A DNA stretch of 63,967 nt, the filler included, from Octopus bimaculoides (taxonomy: Eukaryota): assembly GCF_001194135.2 (NCBI RefSeq). It is 7 parts of 7 records of this genome, joined end to end, with 100 filler letters (N's around TTAATTAATTAA, not from the genome) between each part and the next. Parts side by side here need not be neighbours in the genome. Positions count along the whole stretch, not along the records: positions 25,690 to 48,375 come from NC_068987.1; positions 48,476 to 53,901 come from NC_068983.1; 5 more parts are not named here. One strand, 5' to 3'. The translations under genes were made by a program, and so were the position numbers. Positions 42,101 to 52,950 of this stretch are shown here, piece by piece. The notes under the pieces are model-generated. The model was not told the origin of the DNA, made no database searches, and was given only the letters and a program-made list of their open reading frames with translations. Position 1 is the stretch's first letter; each line of letters begins with the position of its first letter.

Positions 42101-42428
42101 NAATCCAATCAACGGAACAGCCTGCTCGTGAAATTAATGTGCAAGTGGCTGAGCACTCCACAGACACGTGTACCCTTAACGTAGTTTTCGGGGAGATTCA
42201 GCGTGACACAGAGTGTGACAAGGCAGGCCCTTTGAAATACAGGTACAACAGAAACAGGAAGAAAGTGTGAGAGAAAATTGTGGTGAAAGAGTACCGCAGG
42301 GTTCTCCACCATCCCCTGTTGGAATCTTGTGGAGCTTTAGGTGTTTCCACTCAGTAAACACGCACAGCGCCCGGTCTGGGAATCGAAACCACGATCCTAT
42401 GACCGCGCGTCTGCTGCCCTAACCACTG
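42101..42428 (-). mobile_element. SINE family C variant with a different head
   Basis: 3' body matches family C; the head GTGGTTAGGGCAGCAG...GGTTTCGATTCC and middle segment differ. Confidence 0.8.
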
Positions 42429-42573
42429 TTCCGTTGATCGGATCAACTGGAACCTTTGACGTCGTAAGCGACGGAGTGCCAACAACAACTATGGCCAGTC
42501 AATACGTAAATATGTATATTCACATCCTGTCTAATTATTCATATAAAACCTCTGTTACTCTTTCCGTTGGGTG

Positions 42574-43078
42574 TACGAGGAGTAATCAGGAAGTATCGGG
42601 ACTTTTGCTATGATAACGGAATTAAAGTACATAGAGTGAAGACGGACGTTTGCCACATATTGACCTTGAACTTTGCTATTATAGTTATAGTTTGCTGACT
42701 CACTTCCGCTGTTTGTGGCAGAGATCGGAAGTAGAGTGTGTAGAGTGTTGTCGTCTCACCACATCACAGAGGTGCCATTAATGATCATGTGTGTGTGTGT
42801 GTGAGTGCGTGGAAGGAGACATACCTTGAAGGTTTTTACGGCCATGCATCTTTCCAAAATCCAAATTTCACTTGAAAGGATCACGATTTCAAGACGAAGA
42901 ATTCCTAAACAATTCGACAAGGCAGCTGTTCGCTATCCCTCAAAATGGAGTTCTAGGAATGCTTCCATCTATGAAAACGACACCGGGTAAAGTGTGTGTC
43001 TTCAAAAGGGGATTGCTTCGAAGAAGGTTAAATGAAGAGTTGACATGTGTTGGAGTTTTCTGTTTATAGCAAGTCGTA
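42574..43078 (+). mobile_element. Internally deleted mariner (5' end plus transposase C-terminus)
   Basis: Starts TACGAGGAGTAATCAGGAAGTATCGGGAC, related to the 43597 element ends. Contains LFPKSKFHLKGSRFQDEEF...KVCVFKRG (mariner C-terminus). Ends ...ATAGCAAGTCGTA, a truncated right TIR. Confidence 0.65.
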
Positions 43079-43081
43079 CAT

Positions 43082-43113
<32 letters not shown>

Positions 43114-43208
43114 CAAAGAGAAAGGTGGGTGTGAGGAATACGTAGCTTTAAGGAGAGAGTGGGTAGGTGGCTTTTCTGCTGTCCATCGCAAAGAAACACT
43201 CTCATACA

Positions 43209-43318
<110 letters not shown>

Positions 43319-43596
43319 CAGATACTTACGTACGTACAAACATACATACATGCATTTGTCTACTACACACCATTTTAAACTCTTGATTAATGTGTGTACG
43401 TATGTAAATTTGTGTGTGCGTGTGTGCGTGTGTGCGTGTGCTTAGTAATACAGCTATTGATAACGTCCGGATTTCTTTTCTTGTTAGGAGGTGTGCAACT
43501 CAGCCTATCACCTAGGCCTGTCGATTTTGCCAAGTTGATCTCGAATCCTCCATTTGGTCGCTAACTTAGCTCAGCAAATAAAGCATAAAATGCTCT

Positions 43597-44408
43597 ATCC
43601 GTGGTATGATCAATAAGTATCCGGACTGTTGCTATAATAACGAAGCTAAAGCACGCAAAGTAAAGCTGCTTGAAACAGCTTGACCTTGAACTCTGCTGTG
43701 TATGCGCACTAAGTTTTAACGTTCTAGCTCTCTTCAACTGTTTACAGCAGTGCTTGGAAGGGAGGTGTGTAGCGTGTGATCGTCGCATTGAACATGTCAC
43801 AGAAAGTTGAACAGAGAATGAAGGAGATCTTGTGCAACAGAAACCCGAATGTCTTTTGGGTCAGCTGAAAGCAGGTTTGGCACAAACTTGGCAGACACGC
43901 GTCTCATACCCAAATCTCCAGTGATAATGGACTGAACTGAACCATAACTAATCTGCACATCCTCTGATAACTCACGGATGGTGATTCGACGATTTCCCCT
44001 CACACCTGTACACACATCTGCAATGTTTTCCTCAGTTCTGCTGGTTGCGGGTCTCTCTGAACGTTCGTCAATATTGACATTTTTTCGGCCATCTTGGAAA
44101 CGTCTGAACCACTCGTACACTTGTGTGCGGCTCATACACTCCTCTCCATACTCTTTCTGCAACTTTGCGTATGCCTCTCAGCAGGTATCGTCATGACAAC
44201 TTTCTCTGTCATAGTCAATGCGACAATCACACGCTACACACCTTTCTTCCAAGCACTGCTGAAAACAGCGGAAGTGGTTTAGAACATTAAAACTTAGCGC
44301 ACATGCACAACAGAGTTCAAGCTCAATCCTTGCCAAACGGCTTTACTCTGTGTGCTTTAGCTTCGTTACTATGGCAACAGTCCGGATACTTATTAATCAG
44401 ACCTCCTA
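43597..44408 (-). mobile_element. Non-autonomous mariner derivative with two inverted 5' ends
   Basis: ~215-bp inverted arms (43597-43812 and 44195-44408) enclose the transposase N-terminus (EAYAKLQKEYGEECMSRTQVYEWFRRFQDGR...LGMRRVSAKFVPNLL). No DD34D catalytic domain. Confidence 0.85.
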
Positions 44409-45139
44409 TGCTCTCCGCATTTTATTAATATGATTTCGTGGCCTGCTTCACACACACACACACAATAATCCATTTTGTGGTTTGATGTCTGTCATCTTGC
44501 CTCGCTGAATATAGGAGTGGAGGGAGTGACGTACTACTGATCCATTTACTTTCGACGAAGACCTTACCNNNNNNNNNNNNNNNNNNNNNNNNNNNNNNNN
44601 NNNNNNNNNNNNNNNNNNNNNNNNNNNNNNNNNNNNNNNNNNNNNNNNNNNNNNNNNNNNNNNNNNNNNNNNNNNNNNNNNNNNNNNNNNNNNNNNNNNN
44701 NNNNNNNNNNNNNNNNNNNNNNNNNNNNNNNNNNNNNNNNNNNNNNNNNNNNNNNNNNNNNNNNNNNNNNNNNNNNNNNNNNNNNNNNNNNNNNNNNNNN
44801 NNNNNNNNNNNNNNNNNNNNNNNNNNNNNNNNNNNNNNNNNNNNNNNNNNNNNNNNNNNNNNNNNNNNNNNNNNNNNNNNNNNNNNNNNNNNNNNNNNNN
44901 NNNNNNNNNNNNNNNNNNNNNNNNNNNNNNNNNNNNNNNNNNNNNNNNNNNNNNNNNNNNNNNNNNNNNNNNNNNNNNNNNNNNNNNNNNNNNNNNNNNN
45001 NNNNNNNNNNNNNNNNNNNNNNNNNNNNTATATATATATATATATATATGAGCGAGAGGACAAACGAAATAAAAGGTTACATGTTTATCGACCCCATAGT
45101 ACTTGACTGGTACTTATTCAATTGACCCTGGAAGCATCT

Positions 45140-45455
45140 AATTTTCCAGGCTTGCATAGATTAGACGGAATTTCGTTGAGGTAGGTTTTCTACAAAAGGA
45201 TTCCCTCCCAGTCGCCAACCTTCACCTGTTACTAAGCAAGGTAATATTTCCCATTCCCAGGCACGTTTTTCATGAACGACTAGCAAAGAACAATATCGCT
45301 TACATGACGGTGACGCTCGTTAACAATCATCTCATGATGTGAAGACTAAAGTGCACATAAACGTGAAATGAAGTGTCGTGCTCAACGCGTCACCGGGAAT
45401 CGAACTCACGATCGCGAGCGAAATGCCCGTAACCATTAAACCACGCGCCTTCACT
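45140..45455 (-). mobile_element. SINE with a family-C-like head and a different body
   Basis: The minus strand has GTGGTTTAATGG...GAGTTCGATTCCCGG...GCGTTGAGCACGACACTT, then an unrelated 3' region. Confidence 0.6.
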
Positions 45456-45506
45456 CGTTTTAACCCTCATGGTTATGAATAAAGAACCCATTTATTGTAT
45501 ACCAAC

Positions 45507-45764
45507 CAGCTCGGGTCTTTTTGGTTTTGGTGTTATGCGCTTTTAAGTGACTCTTGGACGACGTAGATGCTGCTTTGCATTTGGTTGGTTTACGAGAGGG
45601 TCTTGTTACGTTTTTACCCATTTGTTTGAGAGATTTCGGACTACGAGAAGTGTGTAAGTCGTCCTCCTCTTTTAATTTGGTTGTGTTGAGAGATGAGAGG
45701 TCGGGCTTGGATTCACAGTCCATTTTGTTTGTTAATGTGGTATATGATAAATTTTGGAAGCAAT
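45507..45764 (-). CDS. Internal coding exon (258 bp, phase 1-1), next exon of the same gene
   Basis: Strong acceptor TTTCTTTTTCTTGTTTCAG. The frame continues from exon 47838-48140 (ACA G|AT TGC = T-D-C): DCFQNLSYTTLTNKMDCESKPDL...KTKKTRA. Donor CTG|GTTGGT. Could instead read through to the stop at 45460 as a terminal exon. Confidence 0.65.
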
Positions 45765-46364
45765 CTGAAACAAGAAAAAGAAAAGAAAAGAAAAAGAAAC
45801 AAGTAGAAAACCGGTTTTGTAACGAGAGGAAAGATGAAAGGTTGTGACGTTAAGTTATCTCTAGCTTGTTTCAGTCATTGGACTGCGGCCGTGCTGGGGC
45901 ACAGGAATTAATAAATAAAGTACCACAACGACTAAATGCCTCCCTCATTTTACTAGAATAAGCCCTGGGGTCGATTTGTTCGACTAAAAAAGGTGCTGCT
46001 CCAGCATTGCCGCAGTCAAATGACCGAAACAAGTAAAATAATAAAAGAATAGTGCTTTATGTCTACGTTTAGTTGTAAGCTTCTTCGCCTTAGGAAGTGA
46101 TCGACACCATTTACTCACGCTTCAATTCCATCCCAGTTTCAGTTATAATCAAGCATAAAATAGCATGATTTACACGAGAAGAAACACGGTACACACTAAT
46201 TATTAGATGGCACTCCTCCGGTTGGGACAGTCGTTCCCACATGTTTTCGGGCTGCCACCCCTTTGGCACCCAAGCTGCATTCTTAGCGCCCCAACCCAAA
46301 ATTTACCACTACAAACAGACCTCTTTCTGAAGCAAATTCAAAGCAACAATAAAACTTAACCTAA

Positions 46365-46800
46365 TTAGGCGGTGAGCTGGCAGAAACGTTAGCACGCCGG
46401 GCGAAATGCTTAGCGATATTTCGTCTGTCTTTACGTTCTGAGTTCAAATTCCGTTGAGGTCGGCTTTGCCTTTCGTCCTTTAGGGGTCGATAAATTAGGT
46501 ACCAGTTGCGTACTGGGTCGATCTAATCGACTGGCCCCCTCCCGCAAATTTCGGGGCCTGTGCCTAGAGTGGAAGAGAATATTTACAGCTTATTCAAACT
46601 GCAGAAACTTTAGCACGCCGGGTGAAATGTTTAATAGTATTTCGTCTGTCTTTACGTTCTGAGTTCAAATTCCGTTGAGGTCGGCTTTGCCTTTCATCCT
46701 TTCGGGGTCGATAAATCAAGTACCAATTGCGTACTGGGGTTGATCTAACCGACTGGCCCTCTCCCCCAAAATTTCAGGCCTTGTGCCTAGAGAAGAAGAA
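46365..46800 (+). mobile_element. Two tandem copies of short tRNA-derived SINE family B
   Basis: TAGGCGGTGAGCTGGCAGAAACGTTAGCACGCCGGGCG...GAGTTCAAATTCC... at 46365-46580, repeated at 46595-46800. Confidence 0.9.
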
Positions 46801-46947
46801 AAAAACTTCACCTAATTAACCTATTATTTTGTTATTTTTACATTAACCACCCTCTTTTAGCTATCCCCGTTATCACCCCACTTCTTTGAACTTTCCACCG
46901 CCCCTAAGGGAGCGGTACCGCCCACTTTGGGAACAACTGGGTTAGGA

Positions 46948-47182
46948 CGATGAGTGTTCCCAGCGGCGCGTTGTGTCCTTGAGCCTGATACTTTATTTCA
47001 CGTTGCTCCAATTCACTCAGCCTGTATTTCAAAGGATCAGCTTCGACGTATTCTGTGTCATGCTGAATCTCCCTGAGAACTACGTTAGGTATATGCGTTT
47101 GTGTGGAATGCTTATCCACTTGAACTTCATGAATAGGCTATTCCGTTGTTCGGATCAACTGGAACCCTCGTCATCGTAACCG
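46948..47182 (+). mobile_element. SINE family C copy, 5'-truncated
   Basis: GCGTTGTGTCCTTGAGC...GGATCAACTGGAACCCTCGTC. Confidence 0.8.
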
Positions 47183-47498
47183 GACTGCTAGTTTTATAGT
47201 CATGGCTGGTAAAGTCACACTGTTTCGGCCACTGTGTTCTTCGGCCTTCTTCAGGTGCCTACTGTACTCGTCGTTAAACGTTTTCGGAATTCCGAATCAA
47301 ACTCTTCATTTTGCATAGGAAATATATCTTGGAGTAGAGATTGTTTGTCAACATAACATGGCAGTCCTGGTTTAAGACTAATGTTACTCTAATTTAGTCC
47401 CAGGAGACATCGTCTCCGGCTGACTATACGACACGATCTGTGTTCTTATATTTTCGAACAAGGGAATCTAGCACCCCCACTCAGCACAAAACAATATC

Positions 47499-47541
47499 TC
47501 TGTATCGCGATTTCCGGGTTATTTCCCTTCATCAGTACAGA
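47499..47541 (-). ncRNA. Minimal type I hammerhead-ribozyme-like motif (Penelope-type), probably degenerate
   Basis: TCTGTA-CTGATGA-AGGG AAATAA CCC-GGAAA-TCGCGA-TACAGA: intact CUGAUGA, 3-bp stem II, 6-bp stem I. The NUH register is imperfect. Confidence 0.5.
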
Positions 47542-47837
47542 ATAATTCTTCGGCTAGAAATTCCCGTTCGAAATATAGTTTTCAAAGTGACAACTAGTCA
47601 CCGATCTATAAATTAGAAAATTACTATTTTTAAATCTCACAATGAGATATATCTTCTGCAACACTAATACAGCTAGAAATTCAACATTTAATTCATTAAC
47701 AAACTTTTCGTCGTTTCTTAATCATGAATACATTAACGAAGGGCCGTATGCTAATCAACACTCACACACAGATACACATACGCGCTCCCTCGTACATACA
47801 AAAAGATGATGATCAGAATGCAAGTATTGACGCCTAC

Positions 47838-48140
47838 CTGTTTCCTCATCGATTTGGTATTCAGTTTTTGGCTGCAAATAATCATATTGGATTTGGTTTA
47901 AGGAGACGTCTAGTGGGAACTGAACATTGGTTGGTTCATCATGCAACGAAGAACAGGGAAGATGATTATGTTCAGTGGAATCATTAAAATGTTCTTTTTG
48001 GTTAAGGTTAGCGTTGAAACAAGTTTGGTCGTCTGACTGAAAATTGTTCTCTGACGCCATTATTTCTCTTATTATGGTGTACACGTTTGTATCAGACGCT
48101 CTGGTGTTCGCTTCTGTAACTTGATAGCCCAGTTCATCCA
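47838..48140 (-). CDS. Internal coding exon (303 bp, phase 1-1) of an unidentified host gene
   Basis: Minus strand: branch-like TCTAAT, pyrimidine tract and TTCTTAG acceptor, then 101 open codons (xDELGYQVTEANTRASDTNVYTIIREIM...IQYDYLQPKTEYQIDEET), then CAG|GTAGGC donor. Length divisible by 3, high-complexity non-repeat sequence. Confidence 0.7.
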
Positions 48141-48324
48141 CTAAGAATATAAAACAAAATAGAAATTAGATAAATTCATTGTTTGTGAATGCTTCAGTAA
48201 GTATTGGTCTGATCTGCCTGCCTGTCTGTCTGTCTGTCTACCTGGTCGCATGTATGACAATAAATGTGATTGCGAGTGTTTACACACACACAGACAGACA
48301 GACAGACAGATACACACACACGCG

Positions 48325-48375
<51 letters not shown>

Positions 48376-48419
48376 NNNNNNNNNNNNNNNNNNNNNNNNN
48401 NNNNNNNNNNNNNNNNNNN

Positions 48420-48431
48420 TTAATTAATTAA
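48420..48431. other. Assembly gap linker TTAATTAATTAA (also 25634, 53946, 59020, 60590, 62849)
   Basis: The same 12-mer sits inside N-runs six times; where counted (59020, 60590) it has 44 N on each side, giving 100 bp. It has stops in all six frames. Confidence 0.97.
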
Positions 48432-48475
48432 NNNNNNNNNNNNNNNNNNNNNNNNNNNNNNNNNNNNNNNNNNNN

Positions 48476-48912
48476 AAACGAGGTACCTGGCTTGAGAAGA
48501 TCTCGACGCGTAAGGCACCCGCCCGGTTGGATGGCGGATTTCGAAGTGGAGTAGGGGCGGACGTGATCTTTAAGATCAGGGTGGTGTGTGGTATGACGTC
48601 AGCAACTGGGGAGCTGACCTCTGACCGGAACCGTGAACCGACCGGAACCGTGAACCGACCGGAACGGCGAGCTGACCAGAGGAGGAAGAAGGGCCGAGGG
48701 AGCCTCAATCGGGATTTCCTGCCCTTTTCGAACGGGGTTGTTGTGAGGAGAGGACGTGCCAAGCGATCGTTTAGGTGTTGGGAGAAACAGCTACTATTTC
48801 TAGTGTTTTTCGGGTCGGGTCAGCCGCGAGGATCGGATACCGCAGGACAGACTCGTGCAAAGGAAGGAAACCGAGGTAAGCCGATTACTTCTACTCGCAC
48901 GCATACACCACA
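48476..48912. mobile_element. GC/CpG-rich island, candidate LTR remnant
   Basis: Abrupt compositional shift; ends ...CACCACA; 17-bp tandem GACCGGAACCGTGAACC x2.5 (48623-48665); GGGGCGG (48554) and TGACGTCA (48594). The left end lies in a gap, so TG...CA and TSD cannot be confirmed. Confidence 0.35.
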
Positions 48913-49207
48913 ATGTTAACTGGCCACAAGATAGAGGCCTGACTAATATGAACCACCTATTCCCAGAGGTTTTAAAATGGGCTTGCGTAGGGTCAGAACC
49001 GGCGCTAGGAAGTGTGGGGCTCAATTAGAGAAATTTCAGTGGGGCCCTCTACCCTACAAAAGCGCACTTTTGGGTCTGCTGTAGGCAATGTGTTTTTTAG
49101 TAAATAATAAATAAATGAATAAATAAATTAATATAAATTCACCATTTCCATCTCATTTTTCAAACTATTTTACCGAATCAGAATTTTGTAATTTCCTATA
49201 TAGGAAT

Positions 49208-49347
49208 AAATTTTGGTAAATTTTCAGATTAACACCCGCACGATTTTTCACCCTAACCCTAAAACCCTAACCCTGACCCTAAAATCGTAACCCTAACACC
49301 CGAGTGAAAATCGTGCGGGTGTTAATCTGAAAATTTACCTAAATTTT
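49208..49347. repeat. Fold-back unit: 43-44-bp inverted arms around a degenerate (CCCTAA)n core
   Basis: Left arm 49208-49251 and right arm 49304-49347 differ by about one substitution and one indel. The 52-bp loop contains CCCTAA/CCCTGA units. Confidence 0.9.
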
Positions 49348-49843
49348 AACAAGATCCCTTTAAATAGAATATTTATCAAGTGAACATGTGGCTTTTTTTC
49401 TGGTCGAAATAGCAGTCAAATCGCTCTCAAAACAACACCTTGTCGCCTTAAAAAGAGTTTTAACACATAGGATACATCATCCCGATACGCTACATCCGAT
49501 GTAAAAATGGATAGTCATGATTGGAACGCTCTTGCTCACGGGTCTGCTCACTCGTGTCTGGCTTCAGGCTAGGAATAGAAGTCTATAATAACTAACTGAA
49601 TAGTCTATATATTATGAAGTTGATTGATATTATTTATTAATTTGGCAGTATAATTTTCATGGCCACATGCTTATTATATTTACATGTATGCAACCAGTTA
49701 TTTTATATCTAGCAATAAAACTATTTTTTCATATCTAAAATGGTTGTTTGATAGGCTTATTGAAATTTTCTTCGACTGGAAATGTAAAACAATGCCGTAT
49801 AACGTTTTATTTATTTTTTTCTTTTAGATATATATTATCATAC

Positions 49844-49936
49844 TATAGATATGGTGTCCAACCTGGTAGTTAAAAGTTGAGTACTGTTGTTTTGATGTGT
49901 CTACAAACAGTTGAGGCTGCGTACTATAGATTATCC
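49844..49936 (-). CDS. Candidate upstream exon (93 bp, phase 1-1) of the same gene
   Basis: Acceptor CTTTTTATGTTCAG, open frame GIIYSTQPQLFVDTSKQQYSTFNYQVGHHIY, donor TATA|GTATGA; phase matches exon 48140. An alternative in-frame acceptor 63 bp upstream and an alternative donor at 49862 exist. Confidence 0.35.
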
Positions 49937-51357
49937 CTGAACATAAAAAGATAGGATTATCACAACAATGTCTTTTACCATAGGTTAGCTCAAGCAAACC
50001 TATGATCAAAGTTAAACAACAATAAGCGTAAGGTAAAAAGAGACGTACCTACAACAATGTATGTACTCCCTCATAAGAATGTATCACTTATAAACTTGTA
50101 ACTGTGCATCGTCAAAGTCAACATAAGGGCCTAAGATATAAATTCCCTTTTTGTGAAAGATGTTTGATTAACATTCATTTAAATTTTTAGTATTTGGAGA
50201 ATGCGTTAAAACAAAAATTATCTGTGTGAAATGATGGGGTTAGAGGATGTTGGTCGTATTCTGTGGTTATGATTTTTGAGAGAAATATACATAGTTATTG
50301 TAGTTAACATATTACAAATCGACTTTCATTTACAGCGTTGTCTAAAAAAATTCACGATTTTCACATCATGACAACGTCACAGAAATGTGTTTTGTACGTT
50401 CTAAAACAAAAACCAACCACTAAATTGTACAGTTTTATTTCTGAAATATACACCATAGTTTAATTATGTCAGTTGTTACGTATAATTATGTGTTATCATC
50501 TGCTCAACTATTAAAAAGTATAAAAAAGGAGATTAGCGAAGTCAATGTTGATCCTTGATTGAGTAGACCTTTAATCAAAGACATTCCAACAGTGATCAAC
50601 TTGACTTTTATACAGACTTAGTGCATGTAGGACTACATTATGCAATGTATCTGTATGAACTTCGACTTCGAACTATGTCGCTCCTTCGTAAGAATCCAGC
50701 GTCAGCTCTTTGTCAAGACGCGGCTGTCGCCAGTTGGGATTTGAATCCATATAGTCGTGTTGTGTTCAGTGGCAATATATTCCACCCGCTATGCCTACGT
50801 GTAAAAAAAAAACAAAAAAAAAAACAGGGGAAGAAAGATATCAAGTTCAAATTGATTATCAACCATATAAACTTCTAGACAATCCGTTATCTAATCTACT
50901 GTTTCGTTTACCAGTTTAAAGTAAACCTCAGCTTAGCTCGAAACTATTCAGCTCAGTCTAAAACTGCAGAGGAAAATTTCCTTTCGGGAGTAGATTTCAG
51001 GATTCCGGAAAGAAATTTGGGGTTTTCGAGGGGGAAACTGACTTTTCGGGTGAAAAATTCTGTATCATTTTTCGAACTACTTTCATTAGATTTGTTTTCC
51101 TTAATGTTGATTTTAAGGAAGCCAATGCTAAGTGAATATATGACTGTCAATGTTATATAAGGAATTGTGTTGTATACAAGATTACTTTTTTCTTATCTCA
51201 TGGGAAGAAAAATCGGGATGGTGAAATAAGTAAAGGAAAGTATACAGAGAAACAAAAAGGAAACTATACAGTGAAACAAAAAGGTCAGGAAAAACGGTCT
51301 ACAGTGTATTCACGATTTTCAAACAACTCATGCAAAAATAACTATCGTCTCAGAGTT

Positions 51358-51389
<32 letters not shown>

Positions 51390-52019
51390 NNNNNNNNNNG
51401 AGAGAGAGAGAGAGAGAGGGAGAGAGAGAGAGAAAATGAGGTATCCTTTCGCCTTTTTGGCAAAAAGACACCTCATTTTGGCTGCTTTGGGGGAGATGAA
51501 TTATAAAAGATTTAATTCAAAGATTCTAGAGATAAAGAAATCCCTATCATGGATAACAGAGTGTTTGGACATCCAAAGTCTGGTTTCGAAGTCCCCAGAT
51601 GATTCAAAACCATATTGATGTCGGTTTTTTATTTGTATAACAGACGGACACGATGTATCCATCATCAGAGAATCGATAGGCTCCAGGTAAATCCTGCTTG
51701 AGCACTTATGACCAAATATATTCAAGCCATCTTTTTATGGGTATTAGGACTATTTCATCAGATGCGTCTTTTTTTTTTTAACTAGGTGTGATGAGTAAGA
51801 TTTGGCCATTATTTCTTGGGAGATTTTGAAATCATCCTTCAATATGAACAGATCTACCTAGTGCACAAGTATTCAAGATATTCGCTATATTTACCAAAGA
51901 AACAGTCTTATTCTCTTTATGAATAGCACACGATTAAATCCTTACATACCACAAAGCTGCTATAAAACTGATAATATTTCATAATGTTCTCTAATTTTTC
52001 GTAGTCCATGTGAACAAAC

Positions 52020-52406
52020 GGACCTTTCTGAACTGACGGGCACCACTTGTTTTAACGAAACACTTTCAAACTTGGGATACTGGTAGAATGTGTCAAATAA
52101 AACATCTTTTTCTCTTGACAAACAACGGCACTAATTTTATTCAAGGGAAAAGATCCCATTACACCGCTAGAACATGTTGTTTATATTCCATAGCAGTAAT
52201 TGTTTTCACCTCAATAGACGTCAGTGATTGGTTGAAATTACCGAAATACGACAATTTTTTTTACATGAAATAACTTCGAATACAAAAATTTTTATCTGTT
52301 CTATAACACAAAATATACAAGTATACGAAGTTTGAAAGTGTTTCGGTACCAAAAACACAACATAAAACATAAATGAAAAGTGGTGCCCGTCAAATCAGAA
52401 AGATCC
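52020..52406. mobile_element. MITE-like element with 29-bp inverted ends
   Basis: GGACCTTTCTGAACTGACGGGCACCACTT versus the reverse complement of 52378-52406 (GGATCTTTCTGATTTGACGGGCACCACTT), plus a subterminal IR AAACACTTTCAAACTT. Related sequence at ~59520-59620 and ~59720-59830. Confidence 0.65.
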
Positions 52407-52839
52407 AGGGCTGGAACTATCGTATTATTTCATATTNNNNNNNNNNNNNNNNNNNNNNNNNNNNNNNNNNNNNNNNNNNNNNNNNNNNNNNNNNNNNNNN
52501 NNNNNNNNNNNNNNNNNNNNNNNNNNNNNNNNNNNNNNNNNNNNNNNNNNNNNNNNNNNNNNNNNNNNNNNNNNNNNNNNNNNNNNNNNNNNNNNNNNNN
52601 NNNNNNNNNNNNNNNNNNNNNNNNNNNNNNNNNNNNNNNNNNNNNNNNNNNNNNNNGTTGTCTCAGCTTTTGTATGCGAAGAAGTTTATTCAAGAACATT
52701 AAAATACAAAAGATTTCCTCAATTTCCCAAACCAACACCGACAAAAACATAACCTCCTTAGCGGGGTTGAAGAAAAAAACACAGCCATATGATTTTTTAA
52801 AAAAACCTTTAAAAATAAGTATCATCAATGACAACAGCA

Positions 52840-52950
52840 AGCTAGTTTCACAGCAGCGGTGGAGGGAGCAAAGCCTGAGATTTTTGAGTCGATCCCAATA
52901 GTCAAGGCTTGTCATGTCATCCTCCGCTGACCTCTGCCAAGCAGCTCATT
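52840..52950 (-). mobile_element. CR1/L2-like LINE fragment (post-RT region)
   Basis: MTSLDYWDRLKNLRLCSLHRCCET resembles the conserved L.YWERLK.L.L.SL.RRR.R motif. Confidence 0.55.

Noticed and set aside
48424-49024. ORFs 48424-48762(-), 48527-48919(+) and 48800-49024(-)
   Set aside because: They are expected in GC-rich sequence, show no recognisable motifs, and overlap on both strands.
50953-51150. Protein-like minus ORF (...KENKSNESSSKNDTEFFTRK...)
   Set aside because: Splice sites are weak or ambiguous, and the phase cannot be tied to the supported exons.
51560-51900. Possible very old RT fragment (QYGFESSGDFETRL)
   Set aside because: Only one or two loose motif resemblances, in different frames; too weak to call.
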